DNA of 64,000 nucleotides from an uncultured Flavobacteriaceae bacterium (GCA_943842245.1 CALTAJ010000002.1:271596-335595), one strand, 5' to 3'; counted from the first letter of the stretch, positions 21,356 through 31,285 are shown. Program-made: numbers and translations. The notes: generated by a model not told the origin, from the letters alone.

Positions 21356-22444
21356 ATGAATTCTAAAGAAATTACCAAAGGAATCTTTTGGGCGATATTA
21401 CAATTAACAGGATTATGTATAATTACTTGGTTGCTTTTTCAGTTAAAAATACTTTTGATATATATGGTCATTGCAGGAATTGTAAGTTTAATTGGACGAC
21501 CTATCAATCAATTTTTAATTCAGCGCCTTAAAATGCGTAACATACTAGGGACAAGTATTACAATAATTTTTTTATTGGGGCTTTTAATTAGTCTTTTTTC
21601 TCTTTTTGTACCCCTTTTAGTTCAACAAGGTGAAAACTTATCGCTTTTAGAGGTTGATCTTTTGAAGAATAATATTGAAACTTTAGTTGAAGAGATTAGT
21701 ATTTACTTTCAGCTAGACAATAGCTTTTGGCAGCAGCAGATATCTGTAGATAATCTTTTTCAAAATGTAAATTTTGGCCTTCTTCCTGAATTATTAAATC
21801 AAACTTTAGAATTACTAGGAGGTTTCACTATTGGACTCTTTTCTATAGTTTTCATTCTTTTCTTCTTTTTAAAGGATAGTCACCTTCAAAAACAAATTAT
21901 TTTAGCATTAGTCAATGATAAAATAACAGATCGTGTAGAAAAATCAATCGAAAAAACTAAAAATCTACTATCAAGATACTTTTTAGGTTTATTACTACAG
22001 ATAAGTATTTTACTGATAATATACAGTATTGTTCTAGCTGTGTTCAATGTTGAAAATGCATTTATTATAGCCTTTTTGTGTGCTTTGCTCAATTTAATCC
22101 CATACCTAGGTCCAATAGTAGGTGCAGTATTAATGATGCTGTTGACTATGAGTAGTTTTATAGGTGCAGACTTTAGTTCAATAATCCTTCCCAAGACTAT
22201 ATATGTAATGATTGGTTTTTGTGTTGGACAAATGATTGACAGCTTCTTCAGTCAACCCTATATTTTTTCCAATAGTGTCAAATCACACCCATTGGAAATC
22301 TTTATTGTAATCCTTGCTTCAGGAACACTTATTGGTCCTGTCGGTATGATTATAGCCATCCCCCTCTACACAACACTTAAAGTTATCAGTCAAGAGTTTC
22401 TTTCAGAGAATAAAATTGTCAAATCACTTACCAAAAACTTTTAA
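21356..22444 (+). CDS. AI-2E family transporter (PerM/YhhT-like permease)
   Basis: 362 aa polytopic membrane protein with LNLIPYLGPIVGAV, characteristic of the AI-2E/UPF0118 family. Confidence 0.8.
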   Translation: MNSKEITKGIFWAILQLTGLCIITWLLFQLKILLIYMVIAGIVSLIGRPINQFLIQRLKMRNILGTSITIIFLLGLLISLFSLFVPLLVQQGENLSLLEVDLLKNNIETLVEEISIYFQLDNSFWQQQISVDNLFQNVNFGLLPELLNQTLELLGGFTIGLFSIVFILFFFLKDSHLQKQIILALVNDKITDRVEKSIEKTKNLLSRYFLGLLLQISILLIIYSIVLAVFNVENAFIIAFLCALLNLIPYLGPIVGAVLMMLLTMSSFIGADFSSIILPKTIYVMIGFCVGQMIDSFFSQPYIFSNSVKSHPLEIFIVILASGTLIGPVGMIIAIPLYTTLKVISQEFLSENKIVKSLTKNF

Positions 22445-22452
22445 AAAGTGAA

Positions 22453-23427
22453 TTAAAAATACTTCTTGTAGTTTTCATGTTGATTCTCTAAAGCACTCTT
22501 AAATTGATCTTTAAGCTGGTCAACCAACTCAGCTGTTGGCTTTACATCATCTATAGATGTGACTCCCTGTCCTGCTGACCAGATGGTTTTCCATGCCTGA
22601 GCTTCTGCTTTAGCTGCATCTAGCTCACTTCCAAAGTCTATTTTTTTTGTTTTACTCCAAAGTTCTTCAGTAATCCCCATAGATTCTAAACTAGATCGTA
22701 AAAAATTTGCATTTACACCTGAAACTGCTGCCGTATAAACAATATCTTCTGCCTTACTATTTATTATCATTTCTTGATATTTAGAGTCAGCCATACTTTC
22801 CTTAACATTGATAAATCGAGTTCCCATATAAGCGAGATCTGCACCCATCTGAAGGGCAGAGGCAATATCTTGTCCAGTGCTTATACATCCCGAAAGCAAA
22901 ATAGTTTTCTTAAAAAAACTTTTAATTTCATTTATTAAAGCTATTGGACTTAAAGCGCCAGCATGTCCACCAGCACCAGCAGCAACAAGAATTAATCCGT
23001 CTACACCAGCTTCGGCAGCTTTTTCTGCATGCCGTTTTTTAATTACATCATGATAAACTAAACCTCCATAACTATGAACTGCGCTTACTAAATCTGAAAC
23101 AGCACCTAAAGAGGTTATAATTATAGGAACTTTATGCTTGATACAAATTTCAAGATCAGGTTGAACACGTGGGTTTGTTGGATGCACAATTAAATTCACA
23201 CCAAAAGGCGCAGCCTTATTTCCTGTCTCCTTTTCAAAAGCATCAAGTGCTTCTTTAATTTCAACAACCCACTCCTCAAAACCTTCAGTGGTTCGATGGT
23301 TAAGAGCTGGAAAAGTACCAACAACACCATTTTTACAACACTCTATAACAAGTTGTGGTCCAGATATTAGAAACATTGGTGCTGCTACTGCTGGAAGTTT
23401 TAATTCATTCTCGAAGGATATATTCAT
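22453..23427 (-). CDS. Nitronate monooxygenase / NAD(P)H-dependent flavin oxidoreductase (NMO family)
   Basis: 324 aa with PAVAAPMFLISGP...GLILVAAGAGGHAG...MGTRF. Confidence 0.85.
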   Translation of the reverse strand: MNISFENELKLPAVAAPMFLISGPQLVIECCKNGVVGTFPALNHRTTEGFEEWVVEIKEALDAFEKETGNKAAPFGVNLIVHPTNPRVQPDLEICIKHKVPIIITSLGAVSDLVSAVHSYGGLVYHDVIKKRHAEKAAEAGVDGLILVAAGAGGHAGALSPIALINEIKSFFKKTILLSGCISTGQDIASALQMGADLAYMGTRFINVKESMADSKYQEMIINSKAEDIVYTAAVSGVNANFLRSSLESMGITEELWSKTKKIDFGSELDAAKAEAQAWKTIWSAGQGVTSIDDVKPTAELVDQLKDQFKSALENQHENYKKYF

Positions 23428-23430
23428 AAT

Positions 23431-23886
23431 TTAGTTTTTTAAAAGTAAAGTCCATTCAAATTCAAAGGTAGATACTATATCGCCATTTTGGTCAATACCC
23501 TTTGAGGTAAGCCAAATAGTTTGGGGCTGTTGAGTTTTAATTAGTTGATTCATAGCTTTTAATAGTTTTTGTTTTTCATCGCATTCAAACAAAACTTTAC
23601 CTCTTGCTTTTTTTGAAAAATTAGCACGATTATTAAGAACCAACATTGAAACTTTACGTTTTGAATTCTGGATAGCCTCCATAATTAATACTCCAGTAGT
23701 TAATTCAGCTGCCATTCCTTGTACTGCCCAAAACATTGACTTAAATGGGTTTTGATTAATCCATCGATGGACAACTTTCACTTGACAAGAAATATGATCA
23801 ATTTTGGTTACACGTATTCCGCACCACCATACAGAGGGTAATTTAAAAAAATTAAAAACATTAATTCTAGTAGGGGTAAAATTCAT
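23431..23886 (-). CDS. Hot-dog fold thioesterase-like protein (DUF4442-like)
   Basis: 151 aa. Size and sequence resemble DUF4442/PaaI-like proteins. The start is 2 nt from the upstream stop. Confidence 0.5.
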   Translation of the reverse strand: MNFTPTRINVFNFFKLPSVWWCGIRVTKIDHISCQVKVVHRWINQNPFKSMFWAVQGMAAELTTGVLIMEAIQNSKRKVSMLVLNNRANFSKKARGKVLFECDEKQKLLKAMNQLIKTQQPQTIWLTSKGIDQNGDIVSTFEFEWTLLLKN

Positions 23887-23887
23887 T

Positions 23888-25006
23888 TTAATTTTTAATT
23901 AGTGATGAAACATTAATATGATCTAAATTAAATACTTCTGCAACTTCTTTGTAAACTACTCTTCCATTTATTATGTTAAGACCTTTTCTCAGTGCCTCAT
24001 TTTCTAAACATGCAGTTTTCCAGCCTTTATTTGCAAGTTCTAATGCAAAATTTAATGTTGCATTTGTCAGAGCTGTAGTTGAAGTATTCGGAACTGCTCC
24101 AGGCATATTGGTAACAGCATAATGAATAATACCTTGTTTAATTACAACAGGATCGTCATGGGTAGTTGGTTCACTAGTTTCGAAGCATCCCCCTTGGTCA
24201 ATTGCAACATCCACTAATACTGTCCCAGGCATCATCTTATTTAGCATTTTTTTTGTAATAAGTTTAGGAGCTTTAGATCCAGGTATTAATACTGTTCCTA
24301 TAATCAAATGAGATGTTTGAATTTCTTGTTCAAGAGTAAAGGGGTTAGAATATATTGGTGTTACATTAGAGGGCATTGTGATTTCTAAATAACGTAAGCG
24401 ATCTAGGTTAGTATCAAAAATAGTGACATTTGCACCCAAGCCAGCAGCCATTAGTGCAGCCTCAGTTCCTGCAATTCCTCCTCCTATAACCATAACATTG
24501 GCAGGTTTTACTCCAGCAACTCCACCTAAAAGAATTCCAAAACCACCCTGCGGCTTTTCTAGAAATTTAGCTCCTTCTTGAGTTGCCATTCTTCCAGCAA
24601 CTTCAGACATAGGAATTAAAAGGGGTAATTTACCATCTTGCTCAACTGTTTCATAAGCTAGACAAATAGCCTTAGATTTAATCATTGCATCTGTTAATCT
24701 TTTACTTGATGCAAAATGAAAATATGTAAATAATAATTGATTTGGTTTAATCAATGGATACTCAGATTCAATAGGTTCTTTTACTTTAATTATCATTTCT
24801 GCAAAATGATAAATATCCTCAATATTGTCTTCAATTATACATCCTACTTTTTGATATGTTTTATCACTAAAACCACTCAATAAGCCAGCACCTTTTTGAA
24901 CATGTACTTCATGACCTGCTTGAATCAATGATGTAGCTCCTGCAGGAGTTACTCCTACTCTAGCTTCTTGTGTCTTAATTTCCTTAGGAACACCTATTTT
25001 CATCAA
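23888..25006 (-). CDS. ald: Alanine dehydrogenase
   Basis: 372 aa with MKIGVPKEIKTQEARVGVTPAG and the NAD-binding motif VMVIGGGIAGTEAA. Confidence 0.93.
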   Translation of the reverse strand: MMKIGVPKEIKTQEARVGVTPAGATSLIQAGHEVHVQKGAGLLSGFSDKTYQKVGCIIEDNIEDIYHFAEMIIKVKEPIESEYPLIKPNQLLFTYFHFASSKRLTDAMIKSKAICLAYETVEQDGKLPLLIPMSEVAGRMATQEGAKFLEKPQGGFGILLGGVAGVKPANVMVIGGGIAGTEAALMAAGLGANVTIFDTNLDRLRYLEITMPSNVTPIYSNPFTLEQEIQTSHLIIGTVLIPGSKAPKLITKKMLNKMMPGTVLVDVAIDQGGCFETSEPTTHDDPVVIKQGIIHYAVTNMPGAVPNTSTTALTNATLNFALELANKGWKTACLENEALRKGLNIINGRVVYKEVAEVFNLDHINVSSLIKN

Positions 25007-25128
25007 TTAAATTTTATCGAAGATATTAGTTTTGAATAGATTTTACATACCAAATAATAATTCAAATGAAAAAATCCTCCATTTTAATATCCTATCATTA
25101 GCTCAATAGATTTTATTAGATTTAGGGT

Positions 25129-25902
25129 ATGTCAAGACACCGCCTATTATTTTGTTACTTTTTAGTTTTATTTCAATGGATGGCTGCTCAAAACTCTTAT
25201 CAAATAGGCATCCATTCCCACAACGACTATCAACAAATTAAACCCTTTTGGAATGCATATGAAAATGGACTTAATTCAATTGAAATTGATGTTTATTTAA
25301 AGAATGATAATTTGTATGTGACTCATAGCGAATCAGAAATAAATAAAAGACGAACTATTGAAAGCTTATATTTAAATCCTCTTGAAAAAGTAATTTCAAG
25401 TGAATTGGACTCCATTAATACGCTTCAGATCCTAATTGATATTAAGTCTGATGCCAAGAATACACTAGATAAGATTATAGAAATTCTAAATCAATATCCT
25501 CAAATAATTAATCAGAAAAATATCTCCATTGTAATTTCGGGCAACCGACCTGATCCCAAAGAATACGAATACTACCCCGATTTTATCTATTTTGATTATC
25601 AAAGTCTTGATCCTATTGTAAAACAAAAAATGTGGAATAAAATCGCTTTAATTAGTCTTAATTTTAAAAAATTCTCTAATTGGAATGGCAAAAGCAGTAT
25701 GACAGCAAAGGATTACAAAAAAGTTGATTCCGTTTTGAGGATAGCTCATCAATATGGAAAACCAATCAGATTTTGGGCTACTCCAGACACTGAAGTTGCA
25801 TGGGAAGCTTTCCACATCTTAGGAGTTAATTACATAAATACAGACCACCCGGCTCAGGCCTCTAATTACTTTAAAAAAAGGATTCGTTATTATCTTAAAT
25901 AG
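25129..25902 (+). CDS. Secreted PI-PLC X-domain / glycerophosphodiester phosphodiesterase-like protein
   Basis: 257 aa with a signal peptide. The N-terminal GIHSHNDY...NSIEIDVY motif resembles the PLC-like phosphodiesterase TIM barrel. Confidence 0.4.
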   Translation: MSRHRLLFCYFLVLFQWMAAQNSYQIGIHSHNDYQQIKPFWNAYENGLNSIEIDVYLKNDNLYVTHSESEINKRRTIESLYLNPLEKVISSELDSINTLQILIDIKSDAKNTLDKIIEILNQYPQIINQKNISIVISGNRPDPKEYEYYPDFIYFDYQSLDPIVKQKMWNKIALISLNFKKFSNWNGKSSMTAKDYKKVDSVLRIAHQYGKPIRFWATPDTEVAWEAFHILGVNYINTDHPAQASNYFKKRIRYYLK

Positions 25903-25910
25903 TGCAATTT

Positions 25911-26786
25911 TTAGTTGTTATTCCCCTTTCTGATGTTTTTATCTTCTATTCCATCAAGCATTAGATTTGAGAAATAGGGGCCATTTTCAGTCATTGTAAT
26001 AAACATAAAATGATCAAATTCACCATATTTATTACCTCTTAATTTACTACCACCTCCCATTGTTGCAAGAACAAAATAATCATTTTCATTTCTTTCATAC
26101 AGCCTATAGTTGTGATGGTGACCTGTAAAAACACTATGTTTTCTTCCCTTAAGGAGATTTTCAACTTTGAGCCAATTCTTTCCACTTTCTCTCAGCCAAA
26201 GAGGTTGATGCATAAATATCATTGTCCACTTAACATTTGCATTTTTCTTTAGAATTTTTTCAACATATTTAACTTGGTCATTTCCTAAATCTGGATTTTT
26301 CAAAGCCGTATAGCCATGTTCTGAATTGAGGCAAATAAATAATACATTTTTATATAAAAAATGATAGTAATCTGCTCCGAATCTTTTAAACCATTCATTC
26401 TCCATTACTTCATTTGTGTAATCATGGTTTCCAGCAACATAAAAAAAAGGCATTTCGAGTTTTTTAACAAAAGAATTAAATTCATTCCACTCATTTTCAA
26501 TTTTATTAAGATCCTCAGTGTAACCATTAATTAGATCCCCTACACTAACAACAAAAGCGGGTTGCATTAGATTAATTTTTTCTATTCCTTTTTCCCAAAT
26601 ACCTTTTCTTTCACCTCCAGTTCTGTCGGTAACAACAACAAAATTAAATTTGTTTTTATGATCATTTACCCTATCGTAAGTCCATGGCTTATTCTCTGAA
26701 GGAATTTTTTGTAATTGAAGTTTATTTTGAGCATTTACTCTTATTATTGAAAGAATAAAAAATAAAAAGAGAATGTTTTTTTTCAT
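25911..26786 (-). CDS. Secreted metallophosphoesterase (calcineurin-like)
   Basis: 291 aa with a signal peptide and motifs VVVTDRTG, VGDLING, AGNHD, FMHQP and GHHHNY. Confidence 0.85.
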   Translation of the reverse strand: MKKNILFLFFILSIIRVNAQNKLQLQKIPSENKPWTYDRVNDHKNKFNFVVVTDRTGGERKGIWEKGIEKINLMQPAFVVSVGDLINGYTEDLNKIENEWNEFNSFVKKLEMPFFYVAGNHDYTNEVMENEWFKRFGADYYHFLYKNVLFICLNSEHGYTALKNPDLGNDQVKYVEKILKKNANVKWTMIFMHQPLWLRESGKNWLKVENLLKGRKHSVFTGHHHNYRLYERNENDYFVLATMGGGSKLRGNKYGEFDHFMFITMTENGPYFSNLMLDGIEDKNIRKGNNN

Positions 26787-26942
26787 TTTTACAATTTTAA
26801 GCAGGGCTGAAAAATTTTTTATCTTCTAAAATACAAATATCCTCTCAATTAAAATGACGCAAATATCTTGCTTAAAATATGGATCAAAGAGGACTATGAT
26901 CTTAAAAATCATTGATTTGAACAAATCTTAAAAGGCATTGAA

Positions 26943-28679
26943 TTATATTCTGGTTTGATAAGTGTATAATTCATAATACCTCCCTTTTGCTTTTATAAGT
27001 GTATCATGTTTTCCACGCTCTAAAATATTACCTTCTTCAATAACTAAAATTTGATCTGCCTTTTGAATAGTACTAAGACGATGAGCAATAACAAAAGTTG
27101 TTCTATTACTCATTAAAACAGCTAAACTTTTTTGAATAAAAGATTCACTTTGGGTATCTAAATTAGAAGTAGCTTCATCTAATATTACAATTTTAGGCTT
27201 TGCCAACAAGGCGCGTGCAATTGAAATTCGCTGACGTTGACCACCAGATAATTTGACACCTCGTTCACCAATAATAGTATCTAAGCCATTCTCAAAACGA
27301 TCTGTAAATTCGTTTACGTATGCTCCTTTAACAGCTTCTAAGAGATCCTCTTCAGAAGCTAAGGGTCTTGGAAAAAGTATATTTTCTCTAATGCTTCCTT
27401 CATACAAAAAATCATCCTGAAGAACAACACCCAATTGATTTCTATAGCTACGTAAATCTACCTTAGATAAGTCATTTCCATCAACCAATATAATTCCAGA
27501 ATTTGGATTTAAAAAAGCAGTGACTAAACCTGCAATAGTAGATTTTCCTGATCCTGAAGTTCCAACAAGAGCAGTAACAGTTCCTTTAGGAGCTTCAAAA
27601 GAAATATCATGGAGCACCTCTGTATCATCTTCATAACTAAAAGATACATTTTTGAATACTAAATTCCCTTTTATTTGATCAAGAGCGATGATTCGTTTTT
27701 GGAGATCATTTTCTTCCTTAATTTTCATTAATTCTTGAGTTCTATCAAGACCGGCAAAAGCTTCTGTCAATTGACTCCCAATATTACTCATCTGAACAAT
27801 CGGAGCAATCATAAAACCTAAGAACAAAGTAAAAGAAACAAACTCACCATAAGTCATAGAATTATTCATAATATAATAGCCTCCCATTCCCATGATTCCG
27901 GCAGAAGCCAATCCTAACAAAAATGTAGAAGAACTAGTCATAAAGGCTGTAGCCGTTAAACTTTTTTTTACATTTTGATACAAATCTCTCACACCTTCTA
28001 TAAATACTTTTTCTTCTTGTAGCTCAGCATTAAATCCCTTGATAACTCTTATACCATTTAGAGTTTCAGTAAGACGCCCAGTTACTTGAGCGTTTATTTT
28101 ACTACGAGCTCTAAAAATGGGGCGAATATATCCAAAGGCTTTTAAAGCAATACCTGCAAAAATTAGAACAGGAACAAGAACAAATAATGTCATTTGTGCA
28201 TTGATTCGAATTAAAATGATAAGTGAAATTATTGCAGTGATGCTCCCTCCTATTAACTGGACTAAGCCAGTTCCCACTAAATTCCTAACACCTTCAACAT
28301 CAGTCATAACTCTTGAAACTAGGGCTCCTGATTTATTATTATCAAAAAAACTCACAGGTAGAGTAAGTAGTTTTTGTTGCACTTTTGCTCGAAGAATTGA
28401 AATTAAATGTTGAGCCTCTACACTTAAAATACGAGTTAATGAAAACGCACTAATAGACTGAAAAAGTAAAGCCGTACAAACAATTAATAATAATAATGTT
28501 AAAGAATTTGTGTCTTTTGAGGGAATGACTTCATCAATTAATGATTTACTAGCATAGGGCAAAACCAATCCAGATAAGCTTCGAACCATTATTAAGAACA
28601 AACCAAAAAAGAGTATTTTTCTTTTTGGCCAGATAAATTCTTTAAAAACCCATTGGAAGGAAACGTTATTTTTACTCAT
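26943..28679 (-). CDS. ABC transporter permease/ATP-binding fusion (MsbA-like exporter)
   Basis: 578 aa with a six-helix TMD, Walker A GTSGSGKST, the signature LSGGQRQRISIARA and Walker B IVILDEATS. Confidence 0.9.
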   Translation of the reverse strand: MSKNNVSFQWVFKEFIWPKRKILFFGLFLIMVRSLSGLVLPYASKSLIDEVIPSKDTNSLTLLLLIVCTALLFQSISAFSLTRILSVEAQHLISILRAKVQQKLLTLPVSFFDNNKSGALVSRVMTDVEGVRNLVGTGLVQLIGGSITAIISLIILIRINAQMTLFVLVPVLIFAGIALKAFGYIRPIFRARSKINAQVTGRLTETLNGIRVIKGFNAELQEEKVFIEGVRDLYQNVKKSLTATAFMTSSSTFLLGLASAGIMGMGGYYIMNNSMTYGEFVSFTLFLGFMIAPIVQMSNIGSQLTEAFAGLDRTQELMKIKEENDLQKRIIALDQIKGNLVFKNVSFSYEDDTEVLHDISFEAPKGTVTALVGTSGSGKSTIAGLVTAFLNPNSGIILVDGNDLSKVDLRSYRNQLGVVLQDDFLYEGSIRENILFPRPLASEEDLLEAVKGAYVNEFTDRFENGLDTIIGERGVKLSGGQRQRISIARALLAKPKIVILDEATSNLDTQSESFIQKSLAVLMSNRTTFVIAHRLSTIQKADQILVIEEGNILERGKHDTLIKAKGRYYELYTYQTRI

Positions 28680-28744
28680 ATGTTTTTTTAATTAACTTAT
28701 AAAAGTTTAGGGATATTATAAGTTTAACAAAAGCTTTTTATTCA

Positions 28745-28780
28745 ATCAAAAAATAAACCCCTATTATTAATTAGGGGCTT
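28745..28780 (-). terminator. Rho-independent terminator downstream of tRNA-Arg
   Basis: On the minus strand the stem is AAGCCCCTA / TAGGGGTTT with an AT loop, followed by a T-run (complement of the A-run at 28748-28753). Confidence 0.6.
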
Positions 28781-28791
28781 AGAAAAATAAG

Positions 28792-28865
28792 TGATCGCGA
28801 TAGGATTCGAACCTATGACCGTCTGCTTAGAAGGCAGATGCTCTATCCAGCTGAGCTACGCGACC
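28792..28865 (-). tRNA. tRNA-Arg (anticodon TCT)
   Basis: The minus strand reads GGTCGCGTAGCTCAGCTGGATAGAGCATCTGCCTTCTAAGCAGACGGTCATAGGTTCGAATCCTATCGCGATCA. It has a 7-bp acceptor stem, D-arm AGCTCAGCTGGATAGAGC, anticodon loop CTTCTAA and T-arm ATAGGTTCGAATCCTAT. No CCA is encoded. Confidence 0.93.
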
Positions 28866-28872
28866 ATTTGTA
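28822..28872. repeat. attL-type direct repeat (tRNA positions 1-44 plus 7 nt upstream of the tRNA)
   Basis: The sequence tctgcttagaaggcagatgctctatccagctgagctacgcgaccatttgta is identical to 38528-38578. Confidence 0.85.
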
Positions 28873-28982
28873 CTGTTTATAGTTCTTTCAAAAGGGTTAA
28901 ACTAAATTTTAATTGACATTAAAAACAAAAATCACAATCAAAATTACAAAATAAGTGAAAACACGTTATCTAAGAACTGCGG

Positions 28983-28990
28983 CAAAAATA
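28983..28990 (-). promoter_or_regulatory. Candidate Bacteroidota -7 promoter box (TATTTTTG) for the reconstituted tRNA-Arg
   Basis: The complement of caaaaata matches TAnnTTTG. It lies inside a 21-nt block (28972-28992) that is identical to 38689-38709, upstream of the displaced tRNA fragment. Confidence 0.35.
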
Positions 28991-29000
28991 GAAAATTTAC

Positions 29001-29022
29001 TGTAAACTGTAAGAGGTTTACA
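29001..29022 (+). repeat. 22-nt hairpin motif copy 1 (tgtaaactgtaagaggtttaca)
   Basis: A 7-bp stem GTAAAC(n)/GTTTAC with an 8-nt loop. Other copies are at 36100, 37044 (inverted) and 38718. Confidence 0.8.
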
Positions 29023-29209
29023 CCTCTATTCTGAATTACCAATATTTAGTGGTCTTCTTTCCGTTTCCCAACCTTCCCCTGATTCATCTCTGGTAATAAT
29101 GTCAACAAACAAAGGAACGTCTTTATGCTCTATTTCTTCTGATGCGTGTTTTTCTTCCTTAACTTAATGAAGAGGATATGCCGATGATTTAGAAATTAAT
29201 ATGAGCTTA

Positions 29210-29923
29210 TTAATTAACTAATATTTCTTTTTTAATCTCATTTTCCAAAATACTATCTCTCTGAATCCTTCTTTTTATTAACCCAAGATATACTTTTTGA
29301 GAACTTGCTTTTTCTATTATCCTATCATAAAATTCATTGGGGATTTCCATATCTCCAATGTATGTTTTGTATATAAGATATGAACCCATATATAATGAAT
29401 CACTATTTATTTTGGAGTTTTTAAATTCAAAATCTGCTAATACTTTTGCTTTACTTCTGATTTCTTCCTCGAGAGATTTCATAAATTTATGTTGCACATA
29501 TTTTCCTTGTAATCCTTTAACTAGACTTTCATTTTTGATGTACTCAATATACCCTGAGTTCTGAATAGTTTTATATTCCTCCTGGTTGTCAACAAAATAA
29601 GTTATAAAGTTGATTGCTCTTGAAAGATGAAAGCCTATAGTGTCTCGAGAGTATGCACTCAAATTATTTCTATTGGTCAAAATCCATTCGCTTGACATTA
29701 GTGATTCGCTATGAGCTTTATAGTTAAATCTGTTGTCTCCATTGTCTCCCTTTAAATTTTCGAGAATACGATTCAAAGATTGATTTTTAAGCTGAATTTT
29801 GTTGAGTGAGTCATTATAGTTCTCAGCATAAAATGAAATTGAAACACCTATTACAATTACAAGAAATTCTAATAAATACTTAAAAGCTAATTTTTTCATT
29901 ATCTTGAAATTATTAAAGTTCAA
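29210..29923 (-). CDS. N-terminally anchored membrane protein, DUF6090-like (paralog of 30543..31277)
   Basis: 237 aa. The N-terminal helix LLEFLVIVIGVSISFYAENYN resembles FWEFLMLFIAITLGFFVENYR of the paralog. The two also share a mid-region (NQEEYKTIQNSGYIEYIKN vs NTTNEELKYSGNFILIKN). Confidence 0.6.
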   Translation of the reverse strand: MNFNNFKIMKKLAFKYLLEFLVIVIGVSISFYAENYNDSLNKIQLKNQSLNRILENLKGDNGDNRFNYKAHSESLMSSEWILTNRNNLSAYSRDTIGFHLSRAINFITYFVDNQEEYKTIQNSGYIEYIKNESLVKGLQGKYVQHKFMKSLEEEIRSKAKVLADFEFKNSKINSDSLYMGSYLIYKTYIGDMEIPNEFYDRIIEKASSQKVYLGLIKRRIQRDSILENEIKKEILVN

Positions 29924-29996
29924 TATAAAACTCTACAATATCTCTTCTCTGTGATTTTCTGAACTTAATAAAGATTATATGTCGATGAATTAGATA

Positions 29997-30395
29997 TCAA
30001 TAATATATGTAATTAGTATTGTTCCCAATAATTGTTAATCCCTCTGCTCCACCAGCTGCAAAGGTTATGTGTTTTTGTGCCGCTCCAGTTACATCCTCAT
30101 TCATCCTATAATTTACGTATTTCTGATGAGACTCAACTGAATCCCATTCTTCCAATAAAACGTGGATGTTATTTTCCTCATTTACAAATTGAACCACACT
30201 CTTACACCCTTTAAATTTTCTTGTTACAGGAAGGACGTTTTCACTGTCCATAAATGCTACCAAATCGGACATCATCCCCTCTTTTACATTAGTTGTGATA
30301 ATAACAATGGCATTTTTGTTTTGCCCTTTATTTTCTTTTGTGTTATCGCACTGGGTCAAAAACAAAAGAGATAATATTAAAAAAGCTTTTTTCAT
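29997..30395 (-). CDS. Lipoprotein with an antibiotic-biosynthesis-monooxygenase (ABM)-like domain
   Basis: 132 aa with a lipobox LLFLTQC. The ABM-like core is VIITTNVKEG...VLLEEWDSVESHQKYVNYR. Confidence 0.6.
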   Translation of the reverse strand: MKKAFLILSLLFLTQCDNTKENKGQNKNAIVIITTNVKEGMMSDLVAFMDSENVLPVTRKFKGCKSVVQFVNEENNIHVLLEEWDSVESHQKYVNYRMNEDVTGAAQKHITFAAGGAEGLTIIGNNTNYIYY

Positions 30396-30542
30396 TTAAT
30401 TGATTTATGGTTAATAAGCGCTAATGTAATAATAGTTTGTTTTTTACTAACTTGATATTAGAATGAAAGATAGAACTTTTTGACATTGATTTATTATTGT
30501 TAGAATTTTGTCATTAATATTCAAAAAGAAAAAACTTAAAAA

Positions 30543-31277
30543 ATGAGCCAAACAGCACAAAAAATATTAAATAGATTCTGGGAATTTTTAATGTTATTTA
30601 TTGCTATTACGCTAGGATTTTTTGTTGAAAATTACAGAGAAGGTTTATATGATAAAGAAAAAGAAAAAGAAATTATTGTGTCATTTATTAATGACATTGA
30701 AGAGGATATAAAAGAATTAGATATTGTAATTCAACGTCGAGAAATAAGGGAAACAAGAATCGACTCCATTTTATATATCTTGAATAATGATTTGCAGGAT
30801 AATTTTGGCAGAAATCTTTATTATTACGCAAGATATTTGCCTCGTCCCTTTGTTTTTTGGGCAAATAACACAACAAATGAAGAGTTAAAATATTCTGGAA
30901 ATTTTATTCTAATTAAAAATCAAAAAATAATTGATGTACTCTTAGAATACGATGATAATTATGTGTTTATTGATTTCATAAGACAAAGAGAGGAATATCT
31001 AGTTAGGAGACTATTTGATCAAATAAATGTGCTTTTTGATCCTAAAGTTTTTGATGAAATGAACGTTTATGATATAGAGTTCGTTTACCCTTCGGGAAAC
31101 CCAAAGATTAATACAAAAAACAGAGAGATAATTAATACTTTCTTGAGTAATTTACATTATGTAAAAACTGTCAATGTTGGACAATTAGGCCTATTCAAGA
31201 AACATCAAAAAAGAGCAAAAGAAATCTTAGAATTGTTAAAAAAAGAGTACCCTAATATTGATATAGAAAGGGAATAA
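30543..31277 (+). CDS. N-terminally anchored membrane protein, DUF6090-like (paralog of 29210..29923)
   Basis: 244 aa. See the paralog at 29210..29923. Confidence 0.6.
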   Translation: MSQTAQKILNRFWEFLMLFIAITLGFFVENYREGLYDKEKEKEIIVSFINDIEEDIKELDIVIQRREIRETRIDSILYILNNDLQDNFGRNLYYYARYLPRPFVFWANNTTNEELKYSGNFILIKNQKIIDVLLEYDDNYVFIDFIRQREEYLVRRLFDQINVLFDPKVFDEMNVYDIEFVYPSGNPKINTKNREIINTFLSNLHYVKTVNVGQLGLFKKHQKRAKEILELLKKEYPNIDIERE

Positions 31278-31285
31278 TTAATTTT

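Noticed and set aside
29337-30876. Antisense ORFs inside island cargo genes (29337..29564, 30032..30214, 30162..30374, 30688..30876).
   Set aside because: They are shadow frames of the DUF6090-like and ABM genes. The opposite-strand genes have signal or anchor sequences and paralog support.
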